From assembly GCF_030684315.1 (NCBI RefSeq), contig NC_081387.1, positions 21,818,647 to 21,882,646 on the forward strand: 64,000 nt of DNA, read 5' to 3'. The position numbers were made by a program, and so were the translations under genes. The notes beneath the pieces are model-generated. The model was not told where the DNA came from. It did not search any database and saw only the letters and a list, made by a program, of their open reading frames with translations. Of the stretch, positions 23,470 to 36,600 are shown one piece after another; position 1 is the stretch's first letter; each line of letters opens with the position of its first letter. The stretch comes from Stegostoma tigrinum. Taxonomy: Eukaryota.

Positions 23470-23700
23470 AGAATATTGAACAGGTTCGAGAAGTCTGGCG
23501 GCAGTCCCAGTGTCAGCTGTGAATCAGTTGTTCTTACTCCCCTGCTTAAGTCAGGAGATTGTGGGTTCTAGCGGCACTCCAGGACATGATCATAAAAACC
23601 CAGACTGACACTCCAGTGTAGCACTGAGGGAGTGCTGCAGCATTAGAAGTACACTCTGATCAGTGTGATTTTATCAAAAATTTTATTTGATCTCTTGTTT
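23470..23700 (+). mobile_element. Deu-domain-like SINE (related copies near 21790-21960, 35730-35950 and 58150-58230)
   Basis: B-box-like head and the motif CTGACACTCCAGTG..GCACTGAGGGAGTGCTGCA. Confidence 0.55.
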
Positions 23701-24573
23701 TGCCCACCTTCAGAGATATCAGTCCTTCCAGTAGTTCCGTTCTCATTTTGATTATACTTAGGCACCCACAACTCCGTAACGGTTATGTTTTGAAAATGAA
23801 TGTGAGTATGGATAAAGATTCTTCATTTATCATTTACAGATTTAGTTTGCATGAAGTAGGAATATTCTGATGCACATTGTAATTTCCCTTTGACACACAT
23901 AAAGTGGTAAAGTGTAATACACGTTTTATAAAATGTGCACATTTAATTATGTCAGATAGCTCCCACGATGTGCTCCTGCATCATTTTTAGATAGGTATAA
24001 TAGCTAACTACACAAGCAATAATAGTTGGGTTAGCATGAGGTATATTAAATTATGTTGTTTGACACATGAGCCACAGAGGTCCACAGGAGAAACAAAGAC
24101 CCGTTGGCCCATCAAGTTTGTGTTGGTCCAAAATAACCACCGAAATGTGTTTTAATCCCATATCCCTGCACTCGGCCTTGTATGCCTTGGCCTCACAAGT
24201 GTACATCTGTATACTTCTCAAATCTTATGAGGATTTCTTCCTCTACCATACTTCAGTGAGTTCCACATTCCCACCACCCTGTGTGTGAAAAAGCTTTTCC
24301 TCGCAACCTGTCTAAACCTCCTGCCTCTTACCTCAAATCTCTGGCCCCAGTGATTGATCACTCCACCAAGGTGAAAAGTTTCTTCTGTCAATGACCCTCA
24401 TCTTTTTATACCTCTCAGTCATATCTCCAGTCAGCATCCTTTTCTCCAAGGCAAGCAACGTCAGTCTGTCAAATTTCTATTACTTGCCAGTTTTGGAAGA
24501 GTCATACAGATGCCCATTTTGTAATTAATTATAAACAGAGAGGAGAAAAATATGAAAATTGGGAAGGCATGCA

Positions 24574-24649
24574 ATGGAACTACATGGAAGCCTACATGTG
24601 TATGTCAGGACATGTATTGTATATTTCAGTATATTTATGTGTTATGCCG
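24574..24649 (+). CDS. Gene 2 signal-peptide exon, coding part (MELHGSLHVYVRTCIVYFSIFMCYA)
   Basis: gcaATGg context, hydrophobic stretch, phase-1 donor GTACAT; acceptor AAACAG at 24538. Confidence 0.6.
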
Positions 24650-27600
24650 GTACATGTGGATGTTCCTACCCAAGTGTTGCTGTTCTAGTTGACTGCCTAA
24701 TGTGCCTGTTGATTGCTGACTCTCCCCAGTGTCTATGTTATTAATGTAAGTTCTCTGGTAATATTTTAGACAGCTACAATATTTTATTCCCTGGATCTGC
24801 TGATGCTGGATTTCTGAATTTACAGAATGTTTCTCCTGCTCCACATTCTCGTTTGGATCTATCATGGTAGGGAAATAAATTTGAAAGATAACAGAAACCT
24901 GTTTTCCCTTTCATATTTTGTTGTTGGGATCACTTGACAAGACATTGCACCCTGAACTAAAATTCCCTCTGTTTCTCACATTTTGTGTTTCTCTATTCCT
25001 CATTTCTATTTTTAGGCCCTCTGTCTCTAATCTCCATCTCCATACCTCGCTGTCCCTCTGCCTCCCCCTCTCTGCCCCTCTATCCCTCTCTGCCTGTCTC
25101 TCTGTTCCTCCCTCTCCATCTCTATCCCCTGCTACCTCTCTCTCTCTCGCTCCCTCTTTCTCAGTTAAAAACATTACTATATAGCTATAATAACCTGAGT
25201 GATGAGCAATGGATCTGATTCCCCCTCCAGTGGCTTTTACAGAAGCAGTGGTAGATTTTGCGGTGACAGGATCACTTGAACCCACAGTTGGGGTTTTCGG
25301 GAGCAACATTGTCCTGGAATGTCAATTGGTGCCAGCCAGAATCCCACAGAATTTGGAAGTTCGCTGGATCAATGTGGCATATGGCTACAACTCACCTGTC
25401 CACATGTACAAGGAGGGAGCGGATGATTTGACACACCAGCCGTCAGCCTACAGAGGCCGGACTGAACTATTTCTCGACAAAGTGGCAGAGGGGAATGTCT
25501 CCCTTAGGCTCAAGGATGTCCGAATCTCCGACAGGGGACAGTACAAGTGCTTTGTGGCATCTGATGAAAAACACGGGGAGTTTAAGCTCATGCTGAATGT
25601 GACAGGTTAGTGAACATTTTGGAAACACCCTATTTGACCTGCTCAGTGATGAGTTTGTTGAGATAAAGGACACTGACCTAGACCTTGATAGAATGCAAAC
25701 AGTTCGAGACTCCTACAGGATCAACACCGAGAGGCTGTTTCTGCTGACGGAGGAATCTAGAGCATGGGTGGACAGTCTCAGGACAAGGAAATGATCACGT
25801 AGCACTGAGACAGGGAGGAATTTCTTCAGCCTGAGGGTGTTTAACCTATGGGTCTCATTGCCGCAAAGGGCTGTGGAGGCCAAGTCACTAAGTGAATTTA
25901 AAACAGAGATTTATGGGTTCTTGACTGGCCAGGGGATCAAGGGTTATGGGGAGAAGGCAGTGAAACATATCAGCTATGATTAAATCGTCCAACAGACATG
26001 ATGGATCAAATGGCCTAAATTTGCTCATGTATCTTAGGGTCCAACACTTAGCCCGTAGACCTGTGTGCTTTGGCATTGCAAGTGTACATCTAAATATTTC
26101 TTACATGTTTTGAGGATTTCTGCCTCTACCACCCTTACAGAGTTCTGGGTTCCCACCACCCTCTGAGTGAAAACGTTTTTCCTCACATATCCTTGAAACC
26201 TCCTACCCCTTCCCTTAAATTGTGTCCGTGGGCCATTGATCACTCCACCAATGGAAAAAAAACCCAACATTCCTTCCTGCCTGCCTTGTCTTTGCTCCTC
26301 ATAATTTAGTGCATCTTCTAATCATTGTGTTTGGCCCCCTCTGTTATTGCCTCTGCTCGAAGGAAAGGCAGTCCAGTCTGTCCAATCTCTCTTCATAACT
26401 GAAACTCGTCAGCCCAGGCAACATTCTGGTAGTTCTGCTGTGCATTCTCTCCAGTGCAAAATGATATCCCTCCTATAACTTAGATTCCAGAAAGGCAAAC
26501 AGAATGTCTGAGTGGTTGTTTTGGATGTGGGGAATATAATTCTGCAGACTAAGTGACCCTATAAGAGAAAACATGTTTCTTCATCTCTGCCTTAACTGTA
26601 AAACCATGTACTTTTAACTAAAAGCAAGGTATTGTAGATGCTGGAAACCTGAAATAAAGACAGGAAGTGCTGGAGATATTCAACAGGCCTACCAGCATCC
26701 ATGGAGAGAGAAACCAAGTTAAGATTTCATGAGTAATATGGCTTTTCAAAGAGGGAAATATTCGGAGGATTCCATCCATTCTTCCCATCTGGGGTTGAGA
26801 CTTTACTTCTTTGAAACCTTGGTCTAGAGTTTTGGTCTTCAGCATAATTGCCAGTCCAGTCTTAACTTAGTCTTAAAAAAATTGTGTCTTTAGTTTGAGT
26901 TGAATTACTTAAGTTTCAGGAAAATCCATTTGTGATTTGTGAAACACTAAACAGCTCATGGGCACCTGCAAATATGTTTAGTCACTGAAATTTTGAACAG
27001 AGACTGGAGTCCACCTTCTGAGGTTATGTGCTTTTTATTGGAATGTTAGTGGTGTAGACTATTTTCTAAATGGGGAAAACGTTTGGAAATCTGAAGTACA
27101 AAGGACCATCGGTGTCCAAGTCAGGATTCTCTTAAAGTTAACATCCAAGTTCAACCGGCAGTTTGGAAGGCAAATGTAATGTTGGCATTCATTTCAAGAG
27201 GATTAGAATACAAGAGTAGAGATGTGCTGCTGAGGCTGAATATGGCTCTGCTCAGACCTTATTTCGAATATTGTATGGGGTTTTAGGCCCAATATCGAAG
27301 GAAGAATGTGCTGGCATTGGATGGGGCTCCAGAGGACGATATAATGATGACCATGGGGATGAAGAACTTTTCAAATGAGGAGCAGTTGAGGACCCTGGGT
27401 TTGTACTCGGTGAAGTTTGCAATGGTGAGGGTGGGGTTGATGTCTGATTGAAACTTACAGAATACTGACAGGCCTGGATAGAATTTCTACTTGTAGAGGA
27501 GAGTAGGACCCAAGGGCTCAGCCTCAGAGTGAAAGCATGACTGTTTAGAACTGAGACATGGAGGCATTTCTTCAGCCAGTGTGCGGTTAATCTGTGGAAC

Positions 27601-30600
27601 TCATTGTCACATAGGGATTTGGAGGCCACATCATTGAGTGCATTTAAAATAGAGATAGATAGACTCATAGGGAGATCAAAGATTATGGAGAGAAGACAAG
27701 AGAATGGGGTTGGGGAACATACCAGCCATGACTGAATGTAGTGCAGAGTCAATGGGCTGAATGACCTAATCCTGCTCCTAAATCTTATGATCTTTTGGAG
27801 TATTTCAGATTCAAATCTGATTGAAGTTACTTTGGAACAATGCCAGAGAACAATTTTCTGGTGCATGCAGGTCAGCTTCATAGTGAATTAAATGTTTCTG
27901 CAATATTTATGAGATTGTAAAAGGTCCTGTTCGAGAGTTTTAAAAAACAATGTTGATCCTGTAGCCTCTTTGAAGGCCCAAAAATGAGGGCCATTTGTAG
28001 AAATGTTGTCCTCATGAATAATTTGACTATGGGTCATTCCTGTCTGGACTGTCCCTCTCTCATCTCTCTGAGTGCGGTGTCTTCTGCCCTCCCCCAACTT
28101 CTTGCCCTGACAGATTGTGATCAAATTGTGGTTGCCCTCTAGAAAGTACAGGTCAGCTGCAATCTGACCGAGTGGTGTAAAGAGGCCAGGACAGGCCTTG
28201 CGGCCTACTCCCCTTCCTGATGTCTCTGTGATTGCAGGTACAGGCCGTCAGCCCACGATTGAGATGGAGGGCCAAACGGGGGATGGCATCAGACTGGGCT
28301 GCAGATCCAAAGGGTGGTACCCAGAGCCACCCGTGCTATGGACAGACGGAGATGGAGAGAACGTAGCAGCCCAGCAGCAAACCACGTACCAGCCGGACAC
28401 TCAGGAACTGCTCACGGTCAGCAGCTTCATCGAGATCCCCAAGCAGTCCACCAACAAGTACACTTGTGTCATTAATAACCTGATTCTGGAGGAGAAACAG
28501 GAGGCATACATCCGGATTGCAGGTCGGTCACAGTGGGAGAGGACCTTTACAGATACACAGCAAACTGGGGGAAAGGACGTGAATCTGATTGTAGAGAAAT
28601 ATATAAAATCCCGAGGAAACTCTGTGATTGAAACTGGCTCCTTGTGGCCCTGTTTAGCCAGAAGTGTCAAAGAGAGGCCCCTCATGGCTTTGGCTTGCCT
28701 CTTGTGGCAACAAAAGGCATTTCACAGGAGGGAGCGAGAGAGTGATGGAGTTTGAGGAAGAGTGTGAAGCTGCAATAGAGGGAGAAGGAGTAGATGTGAT
28801 GCAGGTTCAGGGGAGGGAGTGAGTGTGATAGAGGGAGAGGGTTGAACGGAGTTTTCTAAAAGGGAGAGATGTGATGAAGAGAGAGAGTGTGGGTGATGAG
28901 AGGAGAGGGAGATAGTGGAATGGAGGCTGGGAAGAGGAAGACGAGTAATGGAGGGTGAAGGGCTGATGAAGGGGGAGGGGTGATTGAATTTGGATACATA
29001 AAGGGCAAGGTCTTTTCCCCAGGGTAGAGCAGTCCAAAATCAGAGGGCATAGGTTTAAGGTGAGAGGGAAAATACTTAAATGGGACCCAAAGGGCAATGT
29101 TTCATGAGAGGATGATGCAAGTATGGAATGAGCTGTCAGAGGAGGTGGTGGAGGCTGGTACAATTACAATATTCAAAAGACATTTGGATGTGTCTATGTT
29201 TCCATGCTGTACATTTCTATGACTCCTTATCTTTCTAAAGGGTGTGACAATGGGTTTGTGTTAACTTAAACAGTTGAATGGTTCATTTTCTCACTCTTTC
29301 TCTCCTCACTGTCCACCTCTTCTTTCCCTCAAACCTGATCCCTCTCTCTCTCTCCTCTCCCTTCTCACCCTCTCATTCTTCCACCCCTCCATCTTGCCCC
29401 CTCTCCTCCTCAAACTCTTATTTTCTCTTTCTTTCTCTCTCTGTCTCTCTCCCTCATTCTCCATCCTTCCCCTCTCCTTCTTTCCTCCATGTTTATGCCT
29501 TCCCCCCTCTCACTGTCCAATTTGTCTCTCCCTCTCTTGTCACTTCCTGCTCTGTCTCCCTTCTCTCTCTCTCCATCTTGCTTACTCCCTCTTCCCCCCA
29601 CTTTCCCTCACAAGCTTCTCCCCTTCTTTTCCTCCTCCCTCTCATTCCCTCTCTCTTCCCCCACTCTCCCTAACACCCACATAATCTTTTCCCTCTCCCT
29701 CTCCTTCTCCCACTCTCTCTCCTCTCTGTGTCCCTCTCTTTCCGCTCCCCCCTCCCCCCGCTGCTTCCTTGCCTTCCTCTCTCTCCCTTCCCTTTCTCTC
29801 CACACAGATTCCTTCTTCCCACATGTTTCCGGATGGCAGATATGATTCTGGATCCTGTTTGTTCTGATTGTTGGAGTCATCGCTGTCGCAGTGTGGTACC
29901 TTCGGAAATTACAGAATGAGATTCATGGTGACAACCTCTGCTCAAACACTGACTACTTTTCTTTAAGAATAGAATACTGTGTACAATTCTGGTCACCCTT
30001 CTGTAGGATGGATGCTGTTAAACTTAAGAGGTTCCAGAAAGGATTTACAAAGATGTTGCCACGACCGGAGGGTTCAAATTATAGGGAGAGGCTGAATATG
30101 CTGGGACGTTTTACCCTGCAGTGTCAGTGGCAGGGGCCATCTTATAGGAGCTTATAAAATCGTGAGGGAAACGGATAGTGTGAATAGCTAAGGTTTTTTT
30201 CTGAGGGTGGGGGAGTCCAAAATTAGAGGCCATTGGTTTAAGGTGAGACGGTAAAGATTTGAAAGGGACCCAAGGGGTAAATTTTTCACACAGAGGGTGG
30301 TGCATGTATGGAATGAGCTGCCAGAGGAAGTGGTAGAGACTGGTACAATTACAACATTTAAAAGGCATCTGGATGGGTACATGAGTAGGAAGAGCTTAGA
30401 GGGAGGAGCAAATTACAGCAGATGCTGGAATTTGTACTGAAAACAAAAAGTGCTGGAGATCAGGCAGATCACAGCGGGTCAGGCAGCATCCATGGAGAGA
30501 AAGCAAGCTAACATTTTGAGTCTAGATGACGCTTCATCAGATTATCATCATTTAGATATGATGATAAATGGGACTAGGTCAGATTGGGATGTATGGTCAG

Positions 30601-33600
30601 TATGGACGAGTTGGACTGAAGGGTTTGTTTTTCAGCTGTATGACTGTGATGAATCTATAAAAATCCATAAACAGAAACTAATAATTTGTTAACACAAATT
30701 AAAACGGACAGTGCTGGAAATATTCCACAGATCAGGCAGAATCTGTGAAGAGAGAGACCAAGTTAATATTTGAGGGGAAATAAGGATTTATTTTTAGTGA
30801 GGTGTGTAATGAGGAACCTGTTCAAGACAGTGTGATACTGACACCATCTCCAGAGGTCATGATGCCCATTGAGTTCATTCATTTATTTGGTTTTCTTTTC
30901 TAGGCCTCAGGGAATCTAAAGATTTGCATGGTAAGTGATGTTTTTTCAGTCTGTGGGACGTGCTGATATTACATTGACTCTCGCTGCTGAGGAATTTCAC
31001 ACTTTCACCCTGACCTTTACAGTTTCTGCCTTGAGAGGGGCCAGACCTCTCCTATATGTTACTGACCACAACATTCTCAGGAGGCTGCCTGTGTCAGTTC
31101 CTAATCCTACCCTCAATTTATCTTGTCAGGGCATTCTATGTGGATAAATTCCTACCTGTAGGGGGTGGGTGATGACCTAGTGGTATTGTTGCTAGACTGT
31201 CACAACCAGCTCATGTTCTGGAGACCCGGGTTCGCATCCCACCACAGCAGATGGTGGAATTTGAATTCAATAAATTAAAAAAATAAGTCTGGAATTAAGA
31301 ATCTACTAAACACCGTGAAATCAATGATTGTGGAAAAACCCATGTGGTTCACCAACGCCCTTCAGGAAAGGAAATCTGCCACCATCATGTGGTCTGGCCT
31401 ACATGTGACTCCAGACTCACAATTGCTTTGTGAAATGGCCTAGCAAGCCATTCATCATAGAATCCCTACAATGTGGAAACAGGCCCTTTGCCCCAAAAAG
31501 GCCACACTGACCCTCAGAGCATCTCATCCAGACCCAACCCCTATCACCCACCTAAGCTACACATCCCTGAACACTACAGGCAATTTAGCATGGTCAATCC
31601 ACCTGCCCTACACATCTTTGGACTGTGGGAAGAAACTGGAGCACACCCACGCAGACAGTGGGAGAATGTGCAAACCGCACACAGATGATTACCTGAGAGT
31701 AGAATTGAACCCAGCTCCCTGGCGCTATGAGGCAGCAACTGTAACCACTGTGCCACCTTGGTACCCCATTCAGTTTTGCCAATCACTACAAAGTTTTAAA
31801 GAAATTAAATTGGGCCGATCACCTGATATCGACCTAGACACCGGAAAAGACAATGGCAGAAACAGCCCTCTCGATCCTGCAAAATCTTCTTTGCCAACAT
31901 CTGGGGGTTAGTGCCAAAACTGGGAGAGTTGTCTCCAAAACTAGTTAAATAACAGCTTGACATAGTCGTACTCACAGATTCGTACCTTAGAGACAACATT
32001 GCAGATACTACCATCACCAGCCCTGATTATGTCCTGTTCCATCTGCAGGACAGACCCAGCAGAGGTGGTAGCACAGTGGTTAGTGTTACTGGTTAGTCGG
32101 GTGGACATTGCTTTTGGAGTCCTCAACATTGACTCTGGACCCCATGAAGTCTGATGGCTTCGGGTTAAACATGGGCGAGAAAACCTCCTGCTCATTACCA
32201 CGTAGCTCCCTTGGTTGATAAATTGGTGCTCCTTCATACCGAATAAGTCTTAGATGAAGGACTGAGGCTGGCAAGGGCACAAAATGTACTCTGGGTGGGG
32301 GATTTCAATGTCCACCACCAAGAGTGGCTCGGCAACAGTACTACTGATTGAACAGGTTGGGTTTGAAAGGACATAGCTACTAGTCTGTGTCAGCGGCATA
32401 CTTTACCTCATCCCTACTAATCTGCCAGCCGCAGTCCATCTGTTTATGACAGTTTTGTAAGAGTGACCATTGCACAGATCTTATGGAGACAAAGTCCCAC
32501 CTTCACATTGAGAATAACCTCCATCGTGTTATGTGGCACCATCACCATGCTAAATGGGACAGACTTTTCATAGATCTAGCAACTCAAAGCTGGGCATCCA
32601 TGAGGCGCTGAGCCATCAACAGCAGCAGAATTGTACTCCAGCACAATCTGTAACCTCATGGCCCGGTATATCTCCCACTCAACCAATACCATCAAGCCAG
32701 GGGATCAACACTGGTTCAGTGGAGGGTGCAGGAGGGCATGACAGGAGCAGCACTAGGCATACCTGAAGATGCAATATCAATCTGGTGAAGCCACCAAACA
32801 GGACTACTTGCATGCTAAACAATGAAAGCAGCAAGTGATAGACAGAGCGAAGTGATCCCACAACCAACGGATTGACCTAAGCTCTGCAGTCTTGCCACAT
32901 CCCATCGTGAATGGTGGTGGACAATTTAACAACTCACTGAAGGTGGGGGCTCCACAAATATCCCCATGCTCAATGATGGAGGAGCCTGGCTCATCAGTGC
33001 AAAAGATAAGGCTGAAGCATTCACAGCAATTTTTAGCCAGAAGTAGCAAGTGGATGATCCATCTCAGCCGTCTACAGTGGTCCCCAGCATTACAGATACC
33101 AGAGTTCAACCAATTTTATTCAGTCCACATGATATCAAGAAACGGTTGGAGACAGGATACTGCAAAGGATACAGTCCCTGGCAACATTCCGGCAATAGTA
33201 CTGAACGTTTGTGCCCTAGAACTTGTCATTCCCCTAGCCAAACTGTTCCAGTACAGTTACAACACTGGTATCTTCCCAACAATGTGGAAATTTATCCAAG
33301 TATGTTCTGAACACAAAAAGCAGGACAAATCCAACATAGCCAATTACTGTCCCATCAATCTACTTTCAATAACCAGTAAAGTGATGAAAGGTGTCATTAA
33401 CAGCGCTATCAAGCAAAACCTGCCCAGTTTGGGTTCCTCCAGGGCCACAGATCCTGACCTCATTACATCCTTGGTTCAAGCTTGGATAGAAGAGCTGAAT
33501 TCCAGAGGTGAGGTGGGAGTGACAGCCCTTGATATCAAGGGTGATTTTGACTGAGTGTGGTATCAAGGAACCCTAGTAAAACTGTAATCAGTGGGTATCG

Positions 33601-36600
33601 GGGACAAAATCTTCAGTGGTTACAGTCATACCTGACACATAGGAAGATGGTTGCAGTCATTGGAGGTCAATCATCTCAGCTCCAGGACATCTCTGCAGGA
33701 GTTCCTCAGGGTAGTGTCCTTGGCCTAACCATTTTCAACTGATTCATCAATGACCTTCCCACCATCACCAGGTCAGAGGTAGGGATGTTCACTGATGATT
33801 GCACAATATACAGCACCATTCGTGACTCCTCAAACACTGAAGCAGCCCATGTTCAAATGCAACAAGATCTGGATAATACTCAGGCTTGGGCTGACAAGTA
33901 GCAAGTGATATTCGCACAACAGAAATGCCAGTCTATAATCATCACCAATAAGAGACAATCTAACCACTGTCCCTTGACATTCAATGATGTTACCATCACT
34001 GAATCCCCTACTATCATCATCCTGGGTGTTATCATTGACCACAGACTCAACTGGACTTGCTGCACAAACACAGTGGTTAGAAGAGCAGGTCAGAACCTAG
34101 GAATACTGTGGTGAGTAACTCACCTCCTGACTCCTCAAAGCCTGTCCACCATCACAAAGCACAAGTCAGGAGTGGGAAGGAATACTCCTCACTTGCCCCT
34201 GGATGAGTGCAGCCCCAATAACACTGAAGAACCTTGACACTATCCAGGACAAAGCAACCCGCTGGAATTTCACTACATCCACAAGCAACCACATACTCCA
34301 CCACTAATGCTCAGAAACAGCAGTGTATACTGTCTACAAGATGCACTGCAGAAATGCACCAAAGATCCTCAGACAGCACCTTCCAAACCCACAACCACTT
34401 CCATCCAGAAGGACAAGGGCAGCAGATATATGGCTACACCACCACCTCAAGTTTCCCTCCAGCCACTCACCATCCTGACTTGGAAATATATCGCCGCTCC
34501 TTCACTGTTGCTGGGTCAAAATCCTGGAATTCCCTCCTGAATGGCATTGTGGGACAACTCACAGAAGGAGATTCAAGAAGGCAGCTCACCACCAGCTTCT
34601 CAAGGGCAACTAGGGATGGACAAGAAATGCTGGCCAGCCAGTGATACCCATATCCCATAAATGAATAGAAAAAAAACATGCAACCCCATGCTCCAAGACT
34701 CTCTATCCCTTTCTGTCTCTTCCACTCTCACAACTCCCTCTCTTTTGCCCCCCTTGCTGCCCCTTCCACCCTCTCTTTCGCCCCTCTTTCCTCCCCCTTC
34801 CCCCCATCTCTTTCCGTCACATCTGTTTTTCCCCACCTATCTCTTCTCCCCTTCCCACACTTCTTCCCTCCTTTTCCCTTTCTCCCCCCTCTCTCTTCCA
34901 TCCTCCCTCTGCCCCTTCTTCTCCTCCTCCATCCCTCCTCCTGCTTTCTCCCTCCTCCTCCTCTCTCCCTCTGATCTTACAGTGTGAGAGTGGGCAATGT
35001 GATCTAGGTGATGTATGCTGCAATGGGAATGGGACAGGGTTCAGTATGAGAGGTGAAGGGCTGTTGCTGATTTAATGTTTTCTTTTGATCTGTTACAGAA
35101 TATCTAAAGCTGATGGAAGAAGTCAGTGAGTAACCATTCAAAGCAGAGACTTAAACCTGATGGGTGTGGGAAACCCAGTGATGTGGACATATCATCACAT
35201 CTGGGTGAAGAACATTTGTGAAACTGTAATCCCAGGTCTGGTGATGTAATGGATTACAAATAGATTGGCTTTGAAGGTCTCCATGGCATGAATGATAAGA
35301 AAGATTTGCATTTCTATGACAGCTTTCACATTCTGAGGATATCCCAAAGTTCTTTATTGAAAGTGATGTACATAACAATACAAGGACTGGGAGCAAGAGT
35401 TAGCCTCTTGACCTGAGCTGTTTCACTGTTCAGTCTGACCATGATGAATCTACTTCCCTGCACTATCCCATGTAAAGACTCTATCATTTTATTTTTCTGT
35501 ATTTTGGATCGATGAGGTAAAGAATTCTTAAGATTCATAACCCTTTGAGTGCGTATATTCTCTTCATCACAGACTGAATGGGAAAGATGGGTTTCAGAAT
35601 GGCCAGTGAGTTAGCTTTGAGAATCTAAGGAGACTGTCAATATAGTGCAATATTATAATGGTCAGTTTCTGTCTGTTGCAAAGGTGAACTCTATGTCATG
35701 GGTGAACTAAGGTTCCATCATGAACTTCTGGTATCAAGTCACAATCCATGACTTGGCACAAAGCTGTTGCTGACACTTCAGCACATAGCTGAGGGAGTGC
35801 TACGCTGTCAGAGGCACTGTCTTTTACGTCAGACTTTTAATGCAAGACATCACATGCTTTTGAATGTTTCGTAGCTCTTAGATGTATCCCTAGGAGGAAC
35901 AGAGAACTTCTTCCCAGAGTCTGAGTCAATATTTACCACTCACAAGAATCTGTTGATTTGGTAATTGTCCTGGTTACTGTTTGTGGAATCTTGCTGTGCA
36001 CAGATTAGTTGCTGCAGAAGGAAACAGTACAGAAGAGGCCTTTCAGTCCATCTGTTCTGTTTCCTTTGTGATCATATATGCTTTTGAGAGGGATTTGGTT
36101 TGTCTTGGTTCTTCTCAGGTAGGACTGTTGTAAATCTGGTGACAGGGTGTCTACTCCTGTAAAGCAGAGGAAGTAGCTATGAGATTATTGTTATATTATA
36201 TTAGGCAAAAGAAGCATGAATGTGTGGAGAGAGACAATGGGAACTGCAGATGCTGGAGAATCCAAGATAACAATGTGTGAAGCTGGATGAACACAGGGAC
36301 AGGGATGAGCTGGGCTGGTTTTGGGATGCAGTGGTATCCACTGTACCCAGTGTGGCTTCCTCTACATTGGGGAAACCAAGCGGAGGCTTGGGGACCGCTT
36401 TGCAGAATACTTCCACTCGGTTCGCAATAAACAACTGCACCTCCCAGTCGCAAACCATTTTAACTCCCCCTCCCATTCCTTAGACGATATGTTCATCATG
36501 GGCCTCCTGCAGTGCCACAATGATGCCACCCGAAGGTTGCAGGAACAGCAACTCATATTCCACTTGGGAACCCTGCAGTCTAATGGTTTCAATGTGGACT

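Noticed and set aside
29843-29845. Selenocysteine or programmed read-through at the TGA
   Set aside because: The paralogous residue is Ala, not Cys; the context is TGA-TTC rather than TGA-CTA(G); I recognised no SECIS. Not formally excluded without a SECIS search.
31160-31765. tRNA genes suggested by A/B-box motifs
   Set aside because: They are SINE/LINE heads continuing into repeat bodies; I saw no complete cloverleaf.
35684-35711. Possible extra microexon between gene 2 microexons 2 and 3, which would restore strict alternation
   Set aside because: Weak AAG acceptor, and the nearest GT gives 28 nt, which would break the frame.
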